A DNA stretch of 64,000 nucleotides from a bacterium (GCA_037140955.1 JBAXDL010000004.1:15268-79267); one strand, 5' to 3'; positions 20,738-30,431 are shown, counted from the stretch's first letter. Translations and numbers: made by a program. Notes: a model not told the origin generated them from the sequence alone.

Positions 20738-22108
20738 ATGCAAGAAAAAAAGGTAATAAAGATGGAGGACATTGTTTCGTTTTGCAAAAGAAGGGGATTT
20801 GTTTTTCCGACATCTGAAATTTATGGAGGATTGGCAAATTCATATAGCTATGGTCCATATGGCGCAGAGCTCAAAAGCAATATCAAAAAAATGTGGTGGA
20901 AGAAGTTTGTGCAAAAGCGCGATGATGTTGTTGGCATGGATGGTCCAATTCTGCTGAACACAAAACTTTGGGAAGCGTCCGGTCATGTTGGTGGATTCAA
21001 TGATGCTTCGGTTGATTGCAAAAAATGCAAGAAAAGATTTCGGGCTGATCATGTGGTCAAGGAATTGACTGGGCAAGACATGGAAGGTGAGCTGGAAAAA
21101 ATGACACAAACTTTGCAAGCTGGACTCAAATGTCCTGAGTGTGGAGCTTGTGATTGGACAGAAGTTCGCAATATGAGTCAGATGTTTCAAACTGAAATGA
21201 ATGCAGTTGACGGTCCAATATATTTGCGACCAGAAACTGCTGGGGCAATTTTCTCTGACTACAAAAATGTTATCGATTCAATGCGCGTGAAAATTCCTTT
21301 TGGAATTGCGCAAATTGGAAAGGCTTTCCGCAATGAAATTGTGGCAAGAAATTTTATTTTTCGAATTCGCGAATTTGAACAGATGGAAATTGAATATTTC
21401 ATTGCACCTGATGCTGCTTGGGAACCTATGTTTGAAAAATGGTTGGACGAACAAGAGGAATTTGCAATTTCTCTTGGTGCAAAAAAAGAAGACCTGCGAC
21501 GCTATGAGCATCCAAAGGCAAAACTTTCTCATTATTCAAGAAAAACAGTGGACACTGAATATAATTTTCCATTTGGTTTCGGCGAACTTTTTGGCTTGGC
21601 GCATCGTGGAGATTTTGATTTAACACAGCATTCAAATGCTTCAGGACAAAAGTTGGACTATTTCGATCCAGCCACCAACACTAGGTATACTCCACATGTG
21701 CTTGAACCAACTGTTGGCTTGGACCGTTTGATTTTGACTGCAATTTGCGCTGGCTATACTGAGGAAAAACTTGATGATGGAGAGCGCATTGTGATGAAAT
21801 TTCCAACTACTGTTGCTCCAATCAAAGTTGCGGTTTTCCCGCTCATGAAAAACAAGCCAGAGTTGGTGGCCAAAGCCAAGGAGATTTTTGAAAATTTGAG
21901 CGAGGATTTTATGTGCGAATTTGATGACAATGGAAATGTTGGAAAAAGATATCGCAGGCAAGATGAAATTGGAACGCCATTTTGCGTTACTGTGGACTTT
22001 GATTCACTTGAAGATGGAAAAGTGACAGTGCGCGATCGCGACACCATGAAACAAGAGCGAGTTGCAATTGATGGGCTTGAAAAATATTTTGCAGAAAAAT
22101 TGAAATAG
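20738..22108 (+). CDS. glyS: Glycine--tRNA ligase, alpha2 type
   Basis: LRPETA, AQIGKAFRNE, REFEQMEIE and RYRRQDEIGTP motifs. Confidence 0.95.
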   Translation: MQEKKVIKMEDIVSFCKRRGFVFPTSEIYGGLANSYSYGPYGAELKSNIKKMWWKKFVQKRDDVVGMDGPILLNTKLWEASGHVGGFNDASVDCKKCKKRFRADHVVKELTGQDMEGELEKMTQTLQAGLKCPECGACDWTEVRNMSQMFQTEMNAVDGPIYLRPETAGAIFSDYKNVIDSMRVKIPFGIAQIGKAFRNEIVARNFIFRIREFEQMEIEYFIAPDAAWEPMFEKWLDEQEEFAISLGAKKEDLRRYEHPKAKLSHYSRKTVDTEYNFPFGFGELFGLAHRGDFDLTQHSNASGQKLDYFDPATNTRYTPHVLEPTVGLDRLILTAICAGYTEEKLDDGERIVMKFPTTVAPIKVAVFPLMKNKPELVAKAKEIFENLSEDFMCEFDDNGNVGKRYRRQDEIGTPFCVTVDFDSLEDGKVTVRDRDTMKQERVAIDGLEKYFAEKLK

Positions 22109-22130
22109 GAGTAGTAAAAGTCGAAACTTG

Positions 22131-22169
22131 AAAAACAAAAACCCCAAAAACAGGGGTTTTTGTTTTTTT
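22131..22169 (+). terminator. Terminator after glyS
   Basis: AAAAACAAAAACCCC / GGGGTTTTTGTTTTT inverted repeat. Confidence 0.8.
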
Positions 22170-22291
22170 GTTATATTTTCGAAAAATGGCTTTTGTGTTG
22201 ACAAGGGGCATGTTTGGATGCATAATCACATATTGTCATTTTGATGGCAAATTAAGTTGTTGCTTTAATAAAAAAATACAGGAGGTGCGAA

Positions 22292-23317
22292 ATGAAGGGA
22301 TTTTATCTTGAAGTGGTGTGGAGTCATTCGTTGCGGTTATTGTTTGTTTTTGTATTGTTTTTGAATTATTTTTGCTTTGCAAGGGAAAGTTGTGGTGCAT
22401 CATTTGATGAATCATTGACCGCTGTTTCTTCTGGTTTGCCAATGGGCGCTGATGTTGCTGCCATGGGTGGCATCTGCACCTTGGAGGATTTTTCCTCTGC
22501 AAATCCAGCAGTCACAAGCATTTCAAGTGGAGCAACAAGGAGTGGAACAATTAATTATGGAAATTTTCAGTTCAAAAAGAACATGCTGGAAGTTGTTTCT
22601 GGTTCGGTTGCCTCAAGTGTTGGCGATGTTGTTTTGCAGTTGAGTTTTGCTCATGGCGAAACACCGCTTCGATTTCTCTCCAGTGAAGAACTTTTTAGAA
22701 TAAAAAGAAGTGACACACTTGATTTTCAGTTTGGTGGGAATGTTTTTCATGGCCTTTTGCTTGATGGCGATGAGGTGTATCTTGGCATGGGTTATTCTTT
22801 CAACAAAAGCGTGCAAGATGGAATCACTTTTGCAGCAACATCAAGGAATGAATTTGTGGTTGATTCATCTTCGCATGGTGTGACAATTGGTTTTGCATAT
22901 AAGCCAATCAAGCAGGTCACGATTGGAGGTTTTGGTTCAAGGATTTGGACAAATTCAACAAGCATTGATGATGGATGGCAGAATTCTGAAATAAGTTCAT
23001 TTCACAGTATTGGACATCTTGGAATTTCTGCAAAAATCATAGAGGGCACAACTTTGGCTTTTGATTATCAAAGTTTGAGCTTCTCCGACTCTGACACTAA
23101 GTTTGATCAATACTTTTTGGGAATTGAGCAATATCTCATCAGGGATCACGTTGCTGTCTACGGGGGACTTGCTAACGGAGGTCTCACAACTGGTATTGGC
23201 TTGTATTTCAAAAATGGTGGTTTGAATTTGTCATATGGCAATAATATTGCAAAAGAAACGAAAGAATTTTTTGGATCTTGTGATGCATATATGGCTTCTG
23301 TTTATTTGAATTTTTGA
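22292..23317 (+). CDS. Outer-membrane beta-barrel-like protein (FadL/PorV-like)
   Basis: Signal-like N-terminus, GA-x-x-AAMGG...NPA hatch motif, alternating amphipathic strands, C-terminal ASVYLNF; AGGAGGTG SD. Confidence 0.65.
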   Translation: MKGFYLEVVWSHSLRLLFVFVLFLNYFCFARESCGASFDESLTAVSSGLPMGADVAAMGGICTLEDFSSANPAVTSISSGATRSGTINYGNFQFKKNMLEVVSGSVASSVGDVVLQLSFAHGETPLRFLSSEELFRIKRSDTLDFQFGGNVFHGLLLDGDEVYLGMGYSFNKSVQDGITFAATSRNEFVVDSSSHGVTIGFAYKPIKQVTIGGFGSRIWTNSTSIDDGWQNSEISSFHSIGHLGISAKIIEGTTLAFDYQSLSFSDSDTKFDQYFLGIEQYLIRDHVAVYGGLANGGLTTGIGLYFKNGGLNLSYGNNIAKETKEFFGSCDAYMASVYLNF

Positions 23318-23332
23318 ACTGACTGAAATGTC

Positions 23333-23373
23333 AATGAACCCTTGCAGAAACATTTGCAAGGGTTCATTTTTTT
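23333..23373 (+). terminator. Intrinsic terminator
   Basis: AATGAACCCTTGCA / TGCAAGGGTTCATT followed by a T run. Confidence 0.8.
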
Positions 23374-23485
23374 GCATAAAATGCTTAATTTTAGCCAAAA
23401 ATGGTCAGTTATGTTTGACAAAATGCAATTTTAGGAGTATAATTTAAAGTCAGTTGATTTTACAAAAAAAGAGGGGGTGTCTGCC

Positions 23486-24013
23486 ATGATGAAAAGGTTG
23501 GTAAAGATTTTCTTCGGGGTGGACAGCTTTGAAGAAATGAAAAAAAGAGGACTCTCGATGATGCTCATTGTCCCAGCTATTCGTTGGGGTGAATGGATGC
23601 TTTTGGGAGCAACTGGAGCAGCTGTCGTTGCTCTCAAGGCTTGGGGAGTTGGAGATGTTTCAATCTTCTTTCTTCTCTGGGCTGGAAATCTTCTCATTGA
23701 ATGGTGCTTGATTGCCTTCAATGATTCCACTGATGTTGATGTCACTCTGATGGAGGGACTGAGACGACTGGTGGACAAGGCGTTTGAGCAATCTCTGATC
23801 TTGGGAATTGTGATTGAAATCTTGGTTGTCGTTCGCCTCATTATTTGGGACGGCGCAGCATATTTCATTATTTTTTTCCAAAAAAGACTCGTTCGGAAGT
23901 CTTTGAAGATCAGCCTGTTTGTTTTTTCATGCGGGCTGCAGATGGCAGTTTGGACAGTTTTGTATATCTATGGATATGAAAGCTTTTCAGATTTGTTTGC
24001 GAAACTGTTTTGA
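23486..24013 (+). CDS. Hypothetical multi-TM membrane protein
   Basis: Hydrophobic ORF; TTGACA-17-TATAAT promoter at 23415-23443; GAGGGGG SD; terminator at ~24018-24055. Confidence 0.65.
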   Translation: MMKRLVKIFFGVDSFEEMKKRGLSMMLIVPAIRWGEWMLLGATGAAVVALKAWGVGDVSIFFLLWAGNLLIEWCLIAFNDSTDVDVTLMEGLRRLVDKAFEQSLILGIVIEILVVVRLIIWDGAAYFIIFFQKRLVRKSLKISLFVFSCGLQMAVWTVLYIYGYESFSDLFAKLF

Positions 24014-24072
24014 TTTAAAGCTTGCCAACCATTGTGTTTGCAAGCTTCTTTTTTTGCAGCTACAATAAAGAC

Positions 24073-24657
24073 ATGGAACAGATGCAATCACAACCAAACA
24101 TTGAAAAAAAGGAGGATGCTATGCATTCACTAGAAGTTATTACAAGCGCGAGCGATGATTTTTTGAAATCTTTGCTTGAAATGCAGGACAAGGCCTATCC
24201 AGCTGGCTGGGAATATGAGGACGCCGAGGAATATTATCGCAAGATGATCGAGAGTTCCGAGAATATCAACATCATTCTCAAGGAGAAGGAAAAGATTATT
24301 GGCTATGTTTTGCTTGTCCCGCACAACAAAGTTCGAGAAGAATTGTTGGCAGATGATCCAAGGATGGAGGAAGACTCAAATCGTTTTTATATTGAAACGA
24401 TGGAGATTGATCCTGAGATTGGAAAAACTCTCGCTGGTGGAAAATTGTTTTTTAAGATGCTAGGGAAAGTGTTTGAAGAAGCTGAGAAAAAAGGAATCAA
24501 CAAATTTTCTATGCATGCTCGAGTTTCCACCGGGCTCAGCAAGGCTGTGCAGCGATATTTTGGCACAATGATGACTGAAGTTCGCAGAATTGAAAACTGG
24601 CCATATTACAATGGTCAGGAGCCAACTGATTATATGCTTGGCACATATGAGAAATAA
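24073..24657 (+). CDS. Putative GNAT-fold protein
   Basis: IIGYVLLVP and FYIETMEID strands and a helix pattern like GNATs; terminator at 24660-24692. Confidence 0.55.
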   Translation: MEQMQSQPNIEKKEDAMHSLEVITSASDDFLKSLLEMQDKAYPAGWEYEDAEEYYRKMIESSENINIILKEKEKIIGYVLLVPHNKVREELLADDPRMEEDSNRFYIETMEIDPEIGKTLAGGKLFFKMLGKVFEEAEKKGINKFSMHARVSTGLSKAVQRYFGTMMTEVRRIENWPYYNGQEPTDYMLGTYEK

Positions 24658-24749
24658 ACAAAACCGGTTTAGCAAATGCTAAGCCGGTTTTTCTTTGCTT
24701 AAATGTTGTTTTGGGGTATATTTTATATATAAAGTTTTTAATTAAGGAT

Positions 24750-25088
24750 ATGAAATTGAAACAGGACAAATATCGCAAGGCAAGAGGTGGTCACTCACGA
24801 CTGCTCGAGGTGGCTTGTTTAAAATGCTCAGAGCATCTTTTTTATTATCAAAAAGATGGGCCAGGAATTATGAAGAGAACTTATTTGGACAGAATTACGA
24901 ATTCGGAGAAATTTGAAAATTTTCAACATCTTTCTCTTGATAAAATTCCTCAATTAATCTGTCCAAAATGTGGTGAACATATTGGAACGCCAATTGTTTA
25001 TAAAAAAGAAAATCGGCTAGCCTTTAGACTGTTTGAGGGCGCAGTGAGTAAGAAAATAGTTAATTTGGATAGTCAAAAAAAATTATGA
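24750..25088 (+). CDS. Small Zn-ribbon protein
   Basis: CLKC...CPKC with YQKDGPG; its stop overlaps the next start. Confidence 0.65.
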   Translation: MKLKQDKYRKARGGHSRLLEVACLKCSEHLFYYQKDGPGIMKRTYLDRITNSEKFENFQHLSLDKIPQLICPKCGEHIGTPIVYKKENRLAFRLFEGAVSKKIVNLDSQKKL

Positions 25089-25675
25089 AATTACTGTTAA
25101 CATCAACGGGGTTGAGCAATGAAAATGTTAGAAAATTTTTTATTTCTCAATTTGACAAGTTGGACAATAAAACTGCCTGTATTGTGACATCAGGACAAAA
25201 CGAAGAAGAACAGTTTTATATAGACGGCTCAATTAGAGAGTTGAAATCTTTGGATGTAGAAGTTGTTGAATTTAATATTGCCAAAGGAGATAAATTTGCT
25301 GATTTTCCATTTTTTGATATTTATTATATCTGTGGTGGAAATACTTTTTATATTTTGGATAGAATGCGAAAGACAGGAGTGGACAAGATCTTGATTGATG
25401 CTGTTAAAAATGGAAAATTCTATCTCGGCGTTAGTGCTGGAAGTATTATTGCTGGCCCTGACATTGAAGTTGCAGGATTGGGCGACCCAAATGATGTAAA
25501 CATTGAAGACCTAATGGGATTAAAACTTGTTCAATATATTGTTACCCCGCATTACAATCAAAAAGAAAAAAGCATGGTTGAGAAATTCAAGGAAAAACGA
25601 AAAAGCGAGCAGGTGATTGCATTAAATGATGATCAGGCCATTTTTGTTGAAGATGGTAAAATGATTTTAATATAA
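25085..25675 (+). CDS. Peptidase E / S51 family (class I glutamine amidotransferase-like)
   Basis: GGNT, GVSAG (Ser nucleophile) and PHY motifs. Confidence 0.85.
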   Translation: MKLLLTSTGLSNENVRKFFISQFDKLDNKTACIVTSGQNEEEQFYIDGSIRELKSLDVEVVEFNIAKGDKFADFPFFDIYYICGGNTFYILDRMRKTGVDKILIDAVKNGKFYLGVSAGSIIAGPDIEVAGLGDPNDVNIEDLMGLKLVQYIVTPHYNQKEKSMVEKFKEKRKSEQVIALNDDQAIFVEDGKMILI

Positions 25676-25676
25676 A

Positions 25677-26207
25677 ATGAAAATTCAAGGTCAACAAATT
25701 TGTTTGAAAAAAAACTTGTCAGATGAAAATTACCCTTTGCTTTTGGGATGGTTTGTTGATTTGGAAGTTATTGGATATTTATATTCAGCTAAAAGAATAT
25801 CCAAATTTAAAACCATTAAAGAGATTAAGGATTTTCTGGCTGAAGAAAAAGATGAAATATTTTGGGAAATATATGCAAGTGATGACAAATTTATCGGTTA
25901 TGCTTCTTTGTGTGATTTCAAAGAAAAAGAACAATGCGAATTTAGTATTTTCATTTTGGATAAAAATTACTGGGGCAAAGGCTTGGGATTGGAGACAATA
26001 AGAATATTATTGGAGCATGCTTTTAATGATTTAAAAATGAAAGCAGTTGTTTTAGAGACCAGTGAGTTTCATCAAGGTGCAATTAAATTATACGAAAAAG
26101 CTGGATTCAAAAAGATAAAAGCTGTACCTAATGACAGAACAGTTTTCCATAAGGGAGAATGGGTATTGAGTGGAAGTGTTTTAATGGAAATTAAATCTAC
26201 AATATAA
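25677..26207 (+). CDS. RimJ/RimL-type GNAT acetyltransferase
   Basis: YWGKGLG and AIKLYEKAGF motifs. Confidence 0.85.
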   Translation: MKIQGQQICLKKNLSDENYPLLLGWFVDLEVIGYLYSAKRISKFKTIKEIKDFLAEEKDEIFWEIYASDDKFIGYASLCDFKEKEQCEFSIFILDKNYWGKGLGLETIRILLEHAFNDLKMKAVVLETSEFHQGAIKLYEKAGFKKIKAVPNDRTVFHKGEWVLSGSVLMEIKSTI

Positions 26208-26219
26208 TTTAAAAAATAT

Positions 26220-26555
26220 ATGCAAAAATCACTAGGACAGTTACAAGAAGCACAGAAAAAGTTATTGGAAGGTATCGAACATCCACGTCTTGGAAATATC
26301 GTTGGACTTTTCGAGGAAGTTGGTGAGCTTTCAAAAGAAATCATGGAGATTGAGTTTTACGATGCCTCAAAAAAGAAGGAACTGGAAGATGAATGCGCGG
26401 ATGTTTTCTCCAGCTTGCTTTCAGTATGTGATTCATATGACATTGATCTTGAATCTGCATATGAACGAAAAATAAATAAGATAGAGGGCAAGATTCCTGA
26501 ATGGAGAGAAAAATACGGAGAAAATCTTAAAAAACTCAGAAACAAATTAGATTAA
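26220..26555 (+). CDS. MazG-like nucleotide pyrophosphohydrolase
   Basis: EEVGEL...EDECADV motif. Confidence 0.85.
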   Translation: MQKSLGQLQEAQKKLLEGIEHPRLGNIVGLFEEVGELSKEIMEIEFYDASKKKELEDECADVFSSLLSVCDSYDIDLESAYERKINKIEGKIPEWREKYGENLKKLRNKLD

Positions 26556-26648
26556 GAATTCAAAAACTCATGAAATCACAAATTATAATCCATATAGTTT
26601 CTATTTTTAGGCGCAACATGTATTATATCAGTAAGTAAAAACAGCTTG

Positions 26649-26687
26649 TTGACTTACTATATACAATCATATATAATTGTATATAGT
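26649..26687 (+). promoter_or_regulatory. fic promoter with an overlapping palindromic operator
   Basis: TTGACT-17-TATAAT overlapped by ACTATATACAAT-8 nt-ATTGTATATAGT. Confidence 0.65.
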
Positions 26688-26706
26688 TAATATATAAGAT
26701 AACTTT

Positions 26707-27768
26707 ATGGAGAAAAATAGCCAATTTAAGGCAAGATTTCTTAATGTTTCGTCTGAAATACTGATCAAATTAACAAAAATAGAAGAAATGAAGGGAAGGT
26801 GGGTTGGTGGAATAAATATAAGCCCGCAGATTTTGGGTCGCCTTAAGAAGTCAGTCTTAGTGACTTCTGCGGGTGCTTCAACTCGTATTGAGGGATCTAT
26901 GATGTCAGATGTAGAGGTAGAAGAGTTTATACAAGGACTGAAAGTTGGAAAGTGGAAAAGCAGAGATGAGCAGGAAGTGAAGGGTTATTATGAACTGCTT
27001 AGTAATGTTTTTGATTCATGGCGAGCCCTGTCTTTCAATGAAAGCGCCATCAAACATTTCCACATGGAGATGCTAAGATATGTGCCAAAAGACGAAAGGC
27101 ACCGAGGGGATTACAAGAAAGGTGAAAACACTGTGAACATGCTCGATGCCAAAGGAAATAAAATTGGTGTGGTTTTTGAAACTGTACCGGCATATCTGAC
27201 GCCAAAAAAAATGCAGGAACTTATGGAATGGACACTAAAAGCCTTTGAAGAAAAAAAGATTCACCCGCTTTTTATTATTGGAAACTTTGTGGTTGAATTT
27301 TTGAATATTCATCCATTTCAAGATGGAAACGGAAGGCTATCGAGAATTTTGACTAATCTACTTTTGCTCAAGAATGGATATTTGTATATGCCTTATGTTT
27401 CACATGAGAAATTTATTGAAGACAATAAAAATGAATATTATATGTCTCTACGCAGAAGTCAGAAAACTTTTGGTTCTGAAAACGAGAATATTTCAGCTTG
27501 GATTGATTTTTTCTTGAATATTATTCTCAAGCAGTCAGAAATGGCCATGGAGCTGATGGAAAGTGAACATATTGAAAAACTGTTGTCTCAAAAACAACTT
27601 GTTGTATGGGAATATATGCAAACAGTAATTGAAACTGCCACAGGAGAAATTGTTGAAAAAACTGGTATTGTCAGACCAACTGTGAATCAAGCACTTGAAA
27701 GACTACTGAAATTAAAGAAGATTGAAAAAATAGGATTGGGCAGAGGAACAAGATATAGGAAATTATAG
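26707..27768 (+). CDS. Fic-family protein with a C-terminal winged HTH
   Basis: HPFQDGNGRLSR Fic motif; STRIEG inhibitory motif; C-terminal wHTH-like region. Confidence 0.92.
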   Translation: MEKNSQFKARFLNVSSEILIKLTKIEEMKGRWVGGINISPQILGRLKKSVLVTSAGASTRIEGSMMSDVEVEEFIQGLKVGKWKSRDEQEVKGYYELLSNVFDSWRALSFNESAIKHFHMEMLRYVPKDERHRGDYKKGENTVNMLDAKGNKIGVVFETVPAYLTPKKMQELMEWTLKAFEEKKIHPLFIIGNFVVEFLNIHPFQDGNGRLSRILTNLLLLKNGYLYMPYVSHEKFIEDNKNEYYMSLRRSQKTFGSENENISAWIDFFLNIILKQSEMAMELMESEHIEKLLSQKQLVVWEYMQTVIETATGEIVEKTGIVRPTVNQALERLLKLKKIEKIGLGRGTRYRKL

Positions 27769-27807
27769 TTTATGTAAAATTTTTTAGTGAGTTATTGAAA
27801 TAATCAT

Positions 27808-28329
27808 ATGGAAATAATTAAAACAAAAAGATTTATTTTGAGAAAAATGAATCTGGGAGATGCAAGGGATCTTGCAAGAAACATGAACAATTGGAATGTG
27901 GTTAAAAATCTTTCTCAATTGCCATTTCCATATGAATTGAAGCATGCCAAACAATTTTCTGGAAAGATGGAAAAAGAAATGAAAAAGGAGAAGCCTGGAG
28001 ACTATGTGATGGTGATTGAAATTGATGGGGAAGTTGTTGGTGCAGTTGGCGCTCATCATGTTGAGCTTGGCCACAAAGCCGAGTTGGGTTATTGGTTGGC
28101 GGAGAAGCACTGGGGAAAAGGAATCATGCCTGAAGCTGCAAAGAAATTTTTGACACATATTTTTTCAAAATTCAAACTTCACAGAGTGTGTGCATATGCT
28201 TATGTGCAGAATAAGAACTCAATGAAAGTTTTGGAAAAAATTGGCATGCAATTCGAGGGAATTTGTCGAAAATATGCCATCAAGGATGGAAAATTTATTG
28301 ATGTGCATCTTTATGCGAAGGTTGCCTGA
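27808..28329 (+). CDS. RimJ/RimL-type GNAT acetyltransferase
   Basis: AELGYWL, HWGKGIM and NKNSMKVLEKIG motifs. Confidence 0.88.
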   Translation: MEIIKTKRFILRKMNLGDARDLARNMNNWNVVKNLSQLPFPYELKHAKQFSGKMEKEMKKEKPGDYVMVIEIDGEVVGAVGAHHVELGHKAELGYWLAEKHWGKGIMPEAAKKFLTHIFSKFKLHRVCAYAYVQNKNSMKVLEKIGMQFEGICRKYAIKDGKFIDVHLYAKVA

Positions 28330-28411
28330 GGACTGTCTTTGCAAAAAATCTTATATTAAGTCACAATATAATTATTACAGATTGTATTTAAATAAATTTA
28401 AGTAATTTCCT

Positions 28412-29029
28412 ATGAATAATAATTCTATAAAACCTTCACCACTAGTTCAAAATTTTTCAAATAATACTCCTACGGGCAAGGCACTTGAAATAGGCTTTGG
28501 TTATGGTGATAATGCTATATTTTTGGCTCAACAAGGTTTTTCTGTTGTTGCTGTTGATATAAATAAAGAAATGGTTGAAAATCTTAAAGAGCGATCAATG
28601 CAATATGCAGTTGATTTAGAAATTATAAAAAATGATATTAGAAATTTTTTAATTAAGGATAATGAATATACTTTTATTTCTGCCTTAAATTGTTTAAACT
28701 TTCTATCAAAAGAAGAATTTTTTAATATAATGGAGAAGATAAAAAATGGATTAAAAAATGATGGTGTTTGTGTGATTGCATTGTTTACGGTTGATGATGA
28801 AATGTGTGAAGAAGTAAGCAGAAAAACAAATGGAAAATTTGATGATGATAATGGGAAGAAATGGTTTTTTCTTAAATCTGGGGAATTGAAAGAACTTTTT
28901 GAAAATGATTTTTTAATACTTTTCTATAAGGAAGTTATTATTGATGATAATGGTCATGTCGGTAAGGAGCTTCCACATAGACATGCTGTTGCACGAATCG
29001 TTGCAAAAAAAAGAAGCGCTATTGTTTAA
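28412..29029 (+). CDS. Class I SAM-dependent methyltransferase (TehB-like)
   Basis: ALEIGFGYG, VAVD and LKNDG motifs; C-terminal HxH. Confidence 0.8.
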   Translation: MNNNSIKPSPLVQNFSNNTPTGKALEIGFGYGDNAIFLAQQGFSVVAVDINKEMVENLKERSMQYAVDLEIIKNDIRNFLIKDNEYTFISALNCLNFLSKEEFFNIMEKIKNGLKNDGVCVIALFTVDDEMCEEVSRKTNGKFDDDNGKKWFFLKSGELKELFENDFLILFYKEVIIDDNGHVGKELPHRHAVARIVAKKRSAIV

Positions 29030-29043
29030 GCGCCTCTCTATTG

Positions 29044-30138
29044 TTAAAAGTGATCAATTGTTTTTTCTTTAATATGTTCAAATAATTCCTTTTTCATGAA
29101 GCAGTCAGGATCAATACTATCAAATGAACCATTTATAATGAGTCGTTCATATGCACATCCGTTTCCACATGTATTGAGCCATTCGCATGTCGTACATTTT
29201 TTGTTTACACTGCATAAATTTTTATACATATCCTTGGCGTTGTTGTAAATTTCCAACAATGACATTTCAAGGATATTCCCTATGCAATAATCTTTGCGTT
29301 CAACATATCTATGACAAGGATATACGTCGCCATTTGAGGTGATAGACATAAATCCATAGCATCCATTTATGTTGGATGTGCAATCCATGGGTCTACCGCC
29401 AGAAAGTACCCTTAAGACGTTTCTGAAATTTCTGATTGGAAATCCTGGTTCATCATCTGCCATCCAAAGATCGAAAACTTTTTTAAGGAAATCAGTAGTT
29501 TCTTTTTCGGTTGGAATAGTATCAATGGATGAATTTTCATCTTGACCACAAAAATGAAAGTTGCAACTCGTAATTCCACAAGCTTTTAACTCCGCATAAA
29601 CCTGTTCTGCTTTGTGGACGTTGCTTTTTGTGATTAAGGAAACCGCTCCAATTGGCTCTCCTTTGTTGCGCCACATCGAAATTGATTTTAGTACGTTTTT
29701 ATGCGTGCCAGAACCATCACTGAAAATTCGATTAGCATCATGCGAATCTTTATCACCATCAATACTTGTACTAATGATAAATTTATTTTTCATTAGAAAA
29801 TCGCATGTTTTTTTGTTGAATAGCGTCATATTAGATTGAATGACATTCCTAACTTTTCCAGAAAAAATTGATCCATTTAAAAATGCTTTACTCTGAAACT
29901 TGATTGCTTTTTTGAAATGATCAATCCCTGCCAGTAGTGGCTCTCCTCCATGCCAAAGGAAATCTATATCACACGTTTCAAATTCCCTCGCATTAAACAT
30001 GATTTTCTCAAGAATTTCATCAGACATCCTCTCATATTTTTTGATGTTTTTTGATACACATCCATGATAGCAATATTTGCAAGCAATATTGCAACTTAGT
30101 CCAACGGGAAGAATTAAGAAAGTCATCTTTTCTCTCAT
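29044..30138 (-). CDS. Radical SAM/SPASM-domain maturase
   Basis: CNIACKYC, WHGGEP and SIDG motifs; SPASM Cx6C...YPC...CxxCx5Cx3C...C; AGGAGGT SD. Confidence 0.93.
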   Translation of the reverse strand: MREKMTFLILPVGLSCNIACKYCYHGCVSKNIKKYERMSDEILEKIMFNAREFETCDIDFLWHGGEPLLAGIDHFKKAIKFQSKAFLNGSIFSGKVRNVIQSNMTLFNKKTCDFLMKNKFIISTSIDGDKDSHDANRIFSDGSGTHKNVLKSISMWRNKGEPIGAVSLITKSNVHKAEQVYAELKACGITSCNFHFCGQDENSSIDTIPTEKETTDFLKKVFDLWMADDEPGFPIRNFRNVLRVLSGGRPMDCTSNINGCYGFMSITSNGDVYPCHRYVERKDYCIGNILEMSLLEIYNNAKDMYKNLCSVNKKCTTCEWLNTCGNGCAYERLIINGSFDSIDPDCFMKKELFEHIKEKTIDHF

Positions 30139-30156
30139 TTGCTTACCTCCTTTTTT

Positions 30157-30185
30157 AAAAAAAGGTCATCCGATGGATGACCTTT
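30157..30185 (-). terminator. Terminator/attenuator hairpin between precursor and maturase
   Basis: Perfect 11-bp stem AAAGGTCATCC / GGATGACCTTT ending in U7 on the - strand. Confidence 0.75.
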
Positions 30186-30212
30186 GTGGTGATTGACGAC
30201 TGGAATTGTTGA

Positions 30213-30371
30213 CTATGATTCTGAGCAGTACGTGCTACATCCACTTGAGTCGCTACAACCAAGATCGCCACAGATTGCTACATTTTTATCATTAGGCTGT
30301 TTTTTATTGTTACTAAGGGCAACTTCCTTCTTGATACTCTTGATGATTTTAGAATCTTGATGATTGGACAT
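30213..30371 (-). CDS. Putative RiPP precursor peptide, 52 aa, Cys-rich C-terminus
   Basis: Hand translation MSNHQDSKIIKSIKKEVALSNNKKQPNDKNVAICGDLGCSDSSGCSTYCSES*; AGGAGGTG SD 6 nt before the ATG; immediately upstream of the rSAM gene. Confidence 0.85.
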   Translation of the reverse strand: MSNHQDSKIIKSIKKEVALSNNKKQPNDKNVAICGDLGCSDSSGCSTYCSES

Positions 30372-30431
30372 GTTTTTCACCTCCTTTCTATTGTGAAATA
30401 ACTACTTGAAATATTTTTTATATTTCCTTTA

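Noticed and set aside
24000-29030. Integron cassette array
   Set aside because: No integrase and no recognisable attC sites; several genes overlap or abut.
29044-30138. Anaerobic sulfatase maturase annotation
   Set aside because: No sulfatase is in the window and the adjacent peptide has no CxPxR motif; the linked Cys-rich peptide favours a RiPP role, though anSME activity is not excluded.
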